From Tubiluchus corallicola (Eukaryota; Animalia; Priapulida): DNA of 64,000 nt. Within the stretch, counting starts at the first letter, position 1; each line of letters starts with the position of its first letter. A program made the position numbers and the translations under genes. Positions 1 through 9,300 of this stretch are shown here, piece after piece. The DNA is taken from contig JAQGDQ010002395.1 in assembly GCA_030141605.1 (NCBI GenBank), positions 1 to 64,000 on the forward strand. Direction: 5' to 3'. The notes under the pieces were generated by a model, which was given only the letters and a program-made list of their open reading frames with translations, had not been told where the DNA came from and did no database searches.

Positions 1-1
1 C

Positions 2-2383
2 ATGAAGGTTGTAACTAACACAAAGGTATCATCTAAATCTATTGCGTTACTATTATTATTTTCACTCTTCGTTTTTGCGTTAGGGTGTGAAAAAGAAAAA
101 AAAGGTGTAGAGGCTCCTCTCTCCGGAGAAAAAGATATCAAGGAGTTTGTTTTTAAGGCAATTGATAATAAAGATGTACTAATAGCAGATGTGAACCCCG
201 AAGAAATTTCAGAGGATAAAATTACATTAATAGTTCCCTATGGCACAGATTTATCAGCATTATTAATCCCTAGCATAGAAGTATCAGAAAAAGCCAGAGT
301 AAGCCCGGCAAGCGGTGTGGCAGTGAGCTTTAAAGCAGGGTCGGCAGAGTACAAAGTAACAGCAGAAGATAATAGTGTAAAGAGTTATACTGTAATAGTT
401 ACGGAAAACAAGTGTGGATTTGCGAAATTTGTATTTGAACAAAAATATAATACAGGCGTATTAACAGAAGATACTGAACTCGGAGAAATTTCAGAAGAGA
501 ACAATACTATTAAACTAAATGTTCCTTACAATACAGATGTAACAGCGTTAGTAGCCACTTTTGAGGTATCTGAGGGAGCCACAGTAACGGTAGATGGAGA
601 ACAACAAACAAGTGGAGTAACAGGGGTTGACTTCTCAGATGTTAATGGTGTAAAATACACTGTAACAGCAGAAGATGGCAACACTAAGGATTATACTGTA
701 ACAGTTACGGAAGCACCCGCAAGTAGTGAATGTGAAATTACAGAATTTCTATTTGAGGGAGACAATAATGAGTTTGAGGATAATGTAACCGCGGAAAATA
801 TTACCGGAACCAACATTAACATAACAGTTCCTTTCGGTACAGATGTAACAAAGTTAGTAGCCACTTTTACAGTATCTGAGGGAGCCTCAGTAACGGTAGA
901 TGGAAACCAACAAACAAGTGGAGAAACAGGGGTTGACTTCTCAGATGTTAATGGTGTAATATACACTGTAACAGCACAAGATGGCAACACTCAGGAGTAT
1001 ACTGTAACAGTAAAGCCACAGCCCTCTTTCGCTACCGTGAGCTATTACGAGAGAGAGAACCGTATAGGAGCAGGGGATTTTGAAAAACCCGATCTGTTTG
1101 AGATAAGTGATATAGCAGAGGGGAACTACAATTACACATTGAAGATAGCAGATAAAACTGCAAATGGTACAGTAGAAGTAAAAGACGGTAATGGTACAAT
1201 AGGCGGCAGTACGCTGCTTGCTTCTGACTGGAATGAAATAGATGATGGCAATATTATCATTGCATTAACCTTAGAAGGTTCTACCTTTAGCTACAACACT
1301 ACCAAAGAGCAGTATAATATAAAGAGCTGGCAGGATCTGCAGGGGATAAAATATAATCTAGGTGGTCGTTACACTTTGATGAATGATATAGAGCTGCCAG
1401 AACCCTCCCAAACAGAAGGCATTTTCCCGGAAGAGCTACCTAAAGAAGGCTTTGACCCTGTCGGTAATAATGATAATAATAGATTCGAGGGTTCTCTCGA
1501 TGGTGATGACAAGGTGATAGAGAACTTGTTTATAGATAGAGAGAATACAAACGGGGTAGGCCTGTTTGGATATATACGGAACGCTGAGATAGAAAATGTA
1601 ATTATAAAAATAGATAACGAAGGAATAGGAATAACTGGAAATTCGAATGTTGGTGGGTTGGTAGGGCTTGGAATTAATTCAACAATTGATAACTGCCATA
1701 TTACAGGAGGCTCCATACTGGCAAAAGGTAATAACGCTGGTGGGGTATTAGGATATGGATCAGTTTCTGATACTGATCTCTTTGAAATATCAAAAAGTTC
1801 CGCATCAGTAAATGTTACCGCAGAGGGTGGCAGCGGTCGTGTCGGAGGATTAGCAGGATCTTTTGGATATTTGAATTATAACACTGATGCTTTAAAAATT
1901 AATGAGTGTAAGGCTACGGGAAATGTAGCAGGCACAAATCACTTAGGTGGCTTAATAGGAGTGCTTGGAGGTACCGTCACCAACTCTTACAGCACAGGGG
2001 ATGCTAAAGGTAGTAGCGGAGGGAGCACTTATGGTGGACTAATAGGAATTTGTACTGCTACAGGAGCAGCCATAATTGAGAACTGTTATGCCACCGGAGA
2101 GACGAATAATGCATCTCCACTGCTTGGTGGCTTGATAGGAGGAGATGCGTCTGAAAATAGTGATATTTATAGTTATTGGGATGAGGAAAGTTCAGGAGTG
2201 CAGGAACTTCCTGAAACTCTGGCAGGAATTGGAGTTAGCAGTGGCAGCCATTTGAAAAAAGAGGGCAGCCAGTACAAAGATACTGAAAAGGATAGAGTAG
2301 TCTTTGTAGGCTGGAATTTCTCAAGTACTTGGAAATGGGTGAATGATGGAGAGTGGCCTATTCTCAATTGGGAGGCGCAATAA
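2..2383 (+). CDS. Modular surface lipoprotein, array copy 1 (Ig-like/DUF5018-type stalk domains + GLUG-motif C-terminal domain); start may lie just upstream of the window
   Basis: Hydrophobic signal ending FALG-C followed by EKEKK; ~100-aa beta-rich repeats ending YTVTAEDG..YTVTV; C-terminal GGLVG/GGLIG repeats; ends WKW..GEWPILNW. Confidence 0.8.
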   Translation: MKVVTNTKVSSKSIALLLLFSLFVFALGCEKEKKGVEAPLSGEKDIKEFVFKAIDNKDVLIADVNPEEISEDKITLIVPYGTDLSALLIPSIEVSEKARVSPASGVAVSFKAGSAEYKVTAEDNSVKSYTVIVTENKCGFAKFVFEQKYNTGVLTEDTELGEISEENNTIKLNVPYNTDVTALVATFEVSEGATVTVDGEQQTSGVTGVDFSDVNGVKYTVTAEDGNTKDYTVTVTEAPASSECEITEFLFEGDNNEFEDNVTAENITGTNINITVPFGTDVTKLVATFTVSEGASVTVDGNQQTSGETGVDFSDVNGVIYTVTAQDGNTQEYTVTVKPQPSFATVSYYERENRIGAGDFEKPDLFEISDIAEGNYNYTLKIADKTANGTVEVKDGNGTIGGSTLLASDWNEIDDGNIIIALTLEGSTFSYNTTKEQYNIKSWQDLQGIKYNLGGRYTLMNDIELPEPSQTEGIFPEELPKEGFDPVGNNDNNRFEGSLDGDDKVIENLFIDRENTNGVGLFGYIRNAEIENVIIKIDNEGIGITGNSNVGGLVGLGINSTIDNCHITGGSILAKGNNAGGVLGYGSVSDTDLFEISKSSASVNVTAEGGSGRVGGLAGSFGYLNYNTDALKINECKATGNVAGTNHLGGLIGVLGGTVTNSYSTGDAKGSSGGSTYGGLIGICTATGAAIIENCYATGETNNASPLLGGLIGGDASENSDIYSYWDEESSGVQELPETLAGIGVSSGSHLKKEGSQYKDTEKDRVVFVGWNFSSTWKWVNDGEWPILNWEAQ

Positions 2384-2433
2384 TACTAAAACCCTACTTC
2401 AGGTAGAAATATAATACTAATTCAAGACAGAAC

Positions 2434-2476
2434 AAAACCCCGAAAAAGGACAAATTTGATCCTGAATCGGGGTTTT
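2434..2476 (+). terminator. Possible terminator hairpin after lipoprotein 1
   Basis: AAAACCCCGA...TCGGGGTTTT inverted repeat with a long loop, 50 bp after the stop. Confidence 0.35.
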
Positions 2477-2480
2477 CTGT

Positions 2481-2500
2481 GACACTGTTTCACAAAGTGT
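2481..2500 (-). mobile_element. Isolated IS256-family right-end fragment (inverted)
   Basis: GACACTGTTTCACAAAGTGT is identical to the terminus of the IS256 copy at 59320. Confidence 0.85.
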
Positions 2501-2506
2501 AAATAT

Positions 2507-2596
2507 AGCACTATCTCATAAACTGTATAAATAGAAAATGCCGAGGATTGCAACCCTCGGCATTTTTTTAGTTTACACACTTTGTGAAACAGTGTC
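2507..2596 (+). mobile_element. 90-bp MITE derived from the IS256 element (copy 1)
   Basis: IS left end AGCACTATCTCATAAACTG... joined through the ATGCCGAGG..CCTCGGCAT hairpin to the IS right end ...ACACTTTGTGAAACAGTGTC. Confidence 0.9.
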
Positions 2597-2716
2597 TGCA
2601 ATACACTCTGCCCAAATCGAAACAAGTCAGAACAAAAATATTACAGCCAACTGAAATGCAAAAAAAGTTGTTAAATATGAAATTATAAACTTGGGGGCTG
2701 CAATGCACAAAACAGG
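2597..2716 (+). mobile_element. Probable 3' remnant of an IS1634-family element
   Basis: Frame reads QYTLPKSKQVRTKILQPTEMQKKLLNMKL* and then ...GCAATGCACAAAACAGG; resembles my recollection of IS1634 transposase C-termini and CAGG ends; duplicated at 6130-6249. Confidence 0.5.
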
Positions 2717-2883
2717 AAGTAGTTGTTTCAGACAAGGCTTAATGTAATGAGCCCTGAGAAGTAATATTGAAAAGGATCATGAAATAAAAATAAAAATTCT
2801 TAAAACATGGACCTGACATCGACTTGCAGATGTAATTTTTTTCATATCCTCTTTACAGAGTTTTTTTTTTTCATATCTTTTCA

Positions 2884-2891
2884 TATCTTTG
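2884..2891 (+). promoter_or_regulatory. Bacteroidota -7 promoter element for lipoprotein 2
   Basis: TATCTTTG matches TAnnTTTG, ~50 bp upstream of ATG; preceded by T11 and a duplicated TCATATCTTT. Confidence 0.6.
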
Positions 2892-2943
2892 CAGAGTTTT
2901 TTCGATCATACTAAGACATCAATTTAAAAAAACAATAATTGAC

Positions 2944-5687
2944 ATGAAAAAAATAATAATTGACATGAAGGTTGTAACTAACACAAAGGTATCATCTAAA
3001 TCTATTGCGTTACTATTATTATTTTCACTCTTCGTTTTTGCGTTAGGGTGTGAAAAAGAAAAAAAAGGTGTAGAGGCTCCTCTCTCCGGAGAAAAAGATA
3101 TCAAGGAGTTTGTTTTTAAGGCAATTGATAATAAAGATGTACTAATAGCAGATGTGAACCCCGAAGAAATTTCAGAGGATAAAATTACATTAATAGTTCC
3201 CTATGGCACAGATCCAAATGGATTGATTCCTACTATAGAAGTATCAGATAAAGCCAGTATATATCCGGAGAGTGGAGTCCCGCAAAACTTCACAGATGCA
3301 GCAACTTATACTGTAACAGCAGAAGATAATAGTGTAAAGAGTTATACTGTAACAGTTACGGAAAACAAGTGTGCATTTACGAAATTTGTATTTGAACAAA
3401 AATATAATACAGGCGTATTAACAGAAGATACTGAACTCGGAGAAATTTCAGAAGAGAACAATACTATTAAACTAAATGTACCTTTTGGTACAAATGTAAC
3501 AGAGTTAGTAGCCACTTTTGAGGTGTCTGAGGGAGCCACAGTAACGGTAGATGGAGAACAACAAACAAGTGGAGTAACAGGGGTTGACTTCTCAGATGTT
3601 GATGGTGTAAAATACACTGTAACAGCAGAAGATGGCAACACATCTCAGGATTATACTGTAACAGTTACGGGAGTAATCGCAAGTAGTGAATGTGAAATCA
3701 AAACTTTTGCTTTTGAGAAAGACAATAATGAGACTGAAGGAATAACTGAAGACGTCACAGGAAGTATTACAGAATTCACTATTGAGTTAACAACTCCTTA
3801 CAATGCAACTATAACAGAGTTAGTAGCCACTTTTACAGTATCTGAGAGAGCCACAGTAACGGTAGATGGAGTTACACAAGTAAGTGGAGTAACAAAGGTC
3901 AACTTTACAAACGATGTTACTTACACTGTAACATCAGAAGATGGCACATCTACGCAGAACTATACTGTAACAGTTATAGAAACATCTGATGATGACAATG
4001 AGATTACAAGTTTTATTTTTGAGAAAGGCAATAATCAGGGATTAGGCAAAGACATTGGTGGGCATATTACAGGCACTGACATTACAGTAACAGTACCTTT
4101 CGGTACAAATGTAACATCATTGACGCCTACTATTAACATAAAAGGGAAAAGTGTCACACCGGGAAGTGGGGTTTCTAATAACTTTACAAACGATGTTACT
4201 TACACTGTAGAAGCGGAAAATAGTGACCAACGGGATTACACTGTAGCAGTTACGATAAAGTCACAGCCCTCTTTCGCTACCGTGAGCTATTACGAGAGAG
4301 AGAACCGTGTAGGAGCAGGGGATTTTGAAAAACCCGATCTGTTTGAGATAAGTGATATAGCAGAGGGGAGCTACAATTACACATTGAAGATAGCAGATAA
4401 AACTGCAAATGGTACAGTAGAAGTAAAAGACGGTAATGGTACAATAGGCAGTACGCTGAGTATTTCTGATTGGAATTAAATAGATGATGGCAATATTAAC
4501 ATTGTATTAACGATAGAAAGTGATAACTTTACCATAGCACAACCAAAGAGCAGTATAAAATAAGAAGTTGGCAAGATTTGCAAGGTATGAAGTATAATTT
4601 AAATGGTAGTTATACTTTGATGAATGATATAGAACTACCAGACCCTACAAACGGAACTTTCCCCGCCGAGCTTCCAGCAGAAGGGTTTGAGCCTGTGGGG
4701 GAGGGGCGTAACATGTTTGAAGGCTCATTTGATGGACAGAATCATGTAATAAGCAATTTCTTTATAAATAGAGGAAATATGAATCGTGTAGGTTTGTTTG
4801 GTAGTACCCAAGGTACAACTATAAAAGATGTAGGTATAGAAATATCATCAGGCGGTGTTACAGGAAAAGATTATGTCGGCGGCTTGGTGGGTCATGCCAT
4901 GGAAAGTAGCACTATTACCAACAGTTATGCAAAGGGGGCTGTTACAGGAAATAATTATGTCGGCGGCCTGCTTGGGTATGCCAATATTTCTAACACTATT
5001 ACCAACAGTTATGCAACGGGTAATGTTACGGGAAGTAGTTCTGTCGGCGGCCTGGTGGGGGATTGCGCTGAATCCAACACCATTGCCAACAGTTATGCAA
5101 CGGGTAATGTTAATGGAAGTAAATATATCGGCGGCCTGGTGGGGGTACTTGGAACTGCTGGTCAGAAATCCTATATTTATAGAAGCTATGCCACAGGTAG
5201 TGTAAATGGTACAAATGTTGAAGAAGGCTATGTAGGGGGTTTGGTTGGTCGTTTTTTTAGGGGAACTATTTCAGATAGTTATGCTACAGGCAGTGTAAGT
5301 GGAAATAGACGTGTAGGAGGGTTGTTTGGTCGTATACACTATGCGAGTGCCTTTACAGAAAGAACTTACGCTACAGGTACAGTGACAGCGACTGGAGTTA
5401 ACCCTGTGCTCGATGAAATTGGAGGTTTGGGAGGCAATCAATCTGGAGGAGGAGATACTCATAGTTACTGGGATATACACAGAACAGGACAGACACGGTC
5501 TTCTGTAGGAACGGGTGTTAAAAATGGAGACAATTTAGTAAAAAGAGAGGATAAATATTACGGTAAGGATGCTAATGATAATGAAATTGAAGTTTTCATT
5601 GACTGGAAGTTTGGCGATAATAATGAGAATCCTTGGAAGTGGGAGGGCACTGGTCAGTGGCCTACTCTCTACTGGCAGGGGAACTAA
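2944..5687 (+). pseudogene. Modular surface lipoprotein, array copy 2 (disrupted)
   Basis: ORFs 2944-4479 and 4578-5687 form one gene; TAA at 4477-4479 where copy 1 has GAA, plus a 1-bp deletion near 4533; N-terminus identical to copy 1, C-terminus near-identical to copy 3. Confidence 0.88.
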
Positions 5688-5723
5688 AAAAAGAGGCAAA
5701 AGTATACTTACTAATAATTATTT

Positions 5724-5758
5724 AAACCCGTGCTTACTGCAAAGGCACGGGTTTTTTT
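5724..5758 (+). terminator. Intrinsic terminator of lipoprotein 2
   Basis: AAACCCGTGC-loop-GCACGGGTTTTTTT. Confidence 0.8.
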
Positions 5759-5894
5759 GCATAGTTTTTCATCAAAAGAATTTACAGGCTTGATCTTGGG
5801 GTTCTTTTGTGTCATGACAAAAGAACTTGATCCTTCGCCTCTCTTACATCAAAACAAAAGAATGTAAAGAAAACAGCTAAAAGGAGATATAAAA

Positions 5895-6033
5895 CAATGC
5901 CTCGTTTTTGGAGCTCTTGTAAAAAACCATTGAGCTCTTCCCCTGAATTAAACTGTTCAAGGAAATCATCATTTAATAAATCTTCTTTTTTCATTACTGT
6001 CTAAAGTTTTAAAATTAAACAAAAAAATGCCGA
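5895..6033 (-). mobile_element. Truncated IS256 5' fragment (first 33 codons of the transposase)
   Basis: [33 protein letters not shown] and its upstream DNA are identical to the full IS at 52252/59320. Confidence 0.9.
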
Positions 6034-6039
6034 ATCCTC

Positions 6040-6129
6040 AGCACTATCTCATAAACTGTATAAATAGAAAATGCCGAGGATTGCAACCCTCGGCATTTTT
6101 TTAGTTTACACACTTTGTGAAACAGTGTC
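6040..6129 (+). mobile_element. 90-bp IS256-derived MITE (copy 2)
   Basis: Identical to 2507-2596. Confidence 0.9.
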
Positions 6130-6249
6130 TGCAATACACTCTGCCCAAATCGAAACAAGTCAGAACAAAAATATTACAGCCAACTGAAATGCAAAAAAAG
6201 TTGTTAAATATGAAATTATAAACTTGGGGGCTGCAATGCACAAAACAGG
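6130..6249 (+). mobile_element. Probable IS1634-family 3' remnant (second copy)
   Basis: Identical to 2597-2716. Confidence 0.5.
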
Positions 6250-6366
6250 AAGAACAAGAAGTGTTAAAAAAAAACAATAAAGCAGAATAAAATAAAATTA
6301 ATTAACTTTCCGCAAAGACATTTTCTTTATCTTTACGAAGATCACTTTAATAAATTTATTAAGAAT

Positions 6367-9300
6367 ATGAAAACAGCAGCATTTAAACCACTAATCAATA
6401 TACTTATATTGCTCCTAGCTATTACATTTGGATGCAAAAAAGGGGATGAAGAACCACCTCTCTCCGATGAGAATCTGATTACTGAGTTTGCGTTTAGGAA
6501 AAGTGTCAATGGGTCATTAGCTGTCGATGTAGATGCGGGTGTAATCACAGGCACAGAAATTGAACTAACAGTTCCTTTTGGTACAGCCCTCGAGTTAACT
6601 CCTACAATAGAGATATCGGATGGTGCCACTATTAGTCCTGCTAGTGGAGTGCCTATAAACTTTGAAGAAACAAACCCTGCAAGCTACACAGTAACAGCGG
6701 AGAATGGCGACGAGCGGGAGTATAAAGTAACAGTTGAAGTAGCACAAAATACCGAATGTAAAATCAAAACTTTTGTATTTGAACAAAAATATAATACAGG
6801 CGTATTAACAGAAGATACTGAACTCGGAGAAATTTCAGAAGAGAACAATACTATTAAACTAAATGTTCCTTACAATACAGATGTAAAAAATTTAGTAGCC
6901 ACTTTTGAGGTATCTGAGGGAGCCACAGTAAAGGTAGGCACAGATCCACAAATAAGTGGAGAAACAGGGGTTGACTTCTCAGATGTTAATGGTGTAATAT
7001 ACACTGTAACAGCACAAAATGGCACATCTAAGCAGGACTATACTGTAACAGTTACGGAAGCACCCGCAAGTAGTGAATGTGAAATCAAAACTTTTGCTTT
7101 TGAGAAAGACAAAGGCAATAATGAGACTGAAGGAATAACTGAAGACGTCACAGGAAGTATTACAGAATTCACTATTGAGTTAACAACTCCTTACAATGCA
7201 ACTATAACAGAGTTAGTAGCCACTTTTACAGTATCTGAGGGAGCCACAGTAACGGTAGATGGAGTTACACAAGTAAGTGGAGTAACAGATGTCGACTTTA
7301 CAGGCGATGTTACTTACACTGTAACAGCACAAGATGGAACCTCCACACAGGAGTATACTGTAAAAGTTACGGAAGCACCCGCAAGTAGTGAATGTGAAAT
7401 CAAAACTTTTGCTTTTGAGAAAGACAAAGGCAATAATGAGACTGAAGGAATAACTGAAGACGTCACAGGAAGTATTACAGAATTCACTATTGAGTTAACA
7501 ACTCCTTACAATGCAACTATAACAGAGTTAGTAGCCACTTTTACAGTATCTGAGGGAGCCACAGTAACGGTAGATGGAATTACACAAGTAAGTGGAGTAA
7601 CAGATGTCGACTTTACAGGCGATGTTACTTACACTGTAACAGCACAAGATGGAACCTCCACACAGGAGTATACTGTAACAGTTACGGAAGCACCCAGTAG
7701 TGAATGTGAAATCAAAACTTTTGCTTTTGAGAAAGACAAAGGCAATAATGAGACTGAAGGAATAACTGAAGACGTCACAGGAAGTATTACAGAATTCACT
7801 ATTGAGTTAACAACTCCTTACAATGCAACTATAACAGAGTTAGTAGCCACTTTTACAGTATCTGAGGGAGCCACAGTAACGGTAGATGGAATTACACAAG
7901 TAAGTGGAGTAACAGATGTCGACTTTACAGGCGATGTTACTTACACTGTAACAGCACAAGATGGAACCTCCACACAGGAGTATACTGTAACAGTTACGGA
8001 AGCACCCGCAAGTAGTGAATGTGAAATCAAAACTTTTGCTTTTGAGAAAGACAAAGGCAATAATGAGACTGAAGGAATAACTGAAGACGTCACAGGAAGT
8101 ATTACAGAATTCACTATTGAGTTAACAACTCCTTACAATGCAACTATAACAGAGTTAGTAGCCACTTTTACAGTATCTGAGGGAGCCACAGTAACGGTAG
8201 ATGGAATTACACAAGTAAGTGGAGTAACAGATGTCGACTTTACAGGCGATGTTACTTACACTGTAACAGCACAAGATGGAACCTCCACACAGGAGTATAC
8301 TGTAAAAGTTACGGAAGCACCCGCAAGTAGTGAATGTGAAATCAAAACTTTTGCTTTTGAGAAAGACAAAGGCAATAATGAGACTGAAGGAATAACTGAA
8401 GACGTCACAGGAAGTATTACAGAATTCACTATTGAGTTAACAACTCCTTACAATGCAACTATAACAGAGTTAGTAGCCACTTTTACAGTATCTGAGGGAG
8501 CCACAGTAACGGTAGATGGAGTTACACAAGTAAGTGGAGTAACAGATGTCGACTTTACAGGCGATGTTATTTACACTGTAACAGCACAAGATGGAACCTC
8601 CACACAGGAGTATACTGTAAAAGTTACGGAAGCACCCGCAAGTAGTGAATGTGAAATCAAAACTTTTGCTTTTGAGAAAGACAAAGGCAATAATGAGACT
8701 GAAGGAATAACTGAAGACGTCACAGGAAGTATTACAGAATTCACTATTGAGTTAACAACTCCTTACAATGCAACTATAACAGAGTTAGTAGCCACTTTTA
8801 CAGTATCTGAGGGAGCCACAGTAACGGTAGATGGAATTACACAAGTAAGTGGAGTAACAGATGTCGACTTTACAGGCGATGTTACTTACACTGTAACAGC
8901 ACAAGATGGAACCTCCACACAGGAGTATACTGTAACAGTAAAGCCACAGCCCTCTTTCGCTACCGTGAGCTATTACGAGAGAGAGAACCGTGTAGGAGCA
9001 GGGGATTTTGAAAAACCCGATCTGTTTGAGATAAGTGAGATAAGTGATATAGTAGATGGTGAACATGATTATTCATTAAAGATAGGAGGCTTAGACGCAG
9101 TAACAGGTAAATTAACAGTAACAGAAGGAACAGCCACATTAGGCGGGGGTGTTCTTTCTACTTCAAAATGGAAATCTATAGATGATGGAGAGATTTCCAT
9201 TATTTTAACTATAGGAATTAATAATAATGATATTACTTATAGCACCACCAAAGAGCAGTATAAAATAAAAAGTTGGCAAGATTTGCAAGGTATGAAGTAT

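Larger units (their letters stand above)
4540..6129 (+). repeat. ~1.6-kb direct repeat (second copy ~9245-10833)
   Basis: GLUG domain, terminator, IS256 5' fragment and MITE are repeated at an offset of ~4705 bp; alternative-frame ORFs 4855/9560 and 5271/9976 are identical. Confidence 0.92.

Noticed and set aside
4855-5205. Repetitive alternative-frame ORF (also 9560-9910)
   Set aside because: Off-frame translation of GLUG repeats
5800-5827. Palindrome GTTCTTTTGT-GTCATG-ACAAAAGAAC (also ~10502-10527)
   Set aside because: Occurs only inside the duplicated block; no independent evidence of function
5812-5994. 60-aa ORF with hydrophobic tail (also 10513-10695) as a novel small protein
   Set aside because: First 33 aa are the truncated IS256 transposase; the tail is read-through into flanking DNA
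7069-8940. CRISPR-like periodicity
   Set aside because: Units are 315-bp in-frame coding repeats with no unique spacers; no cas genes in the window
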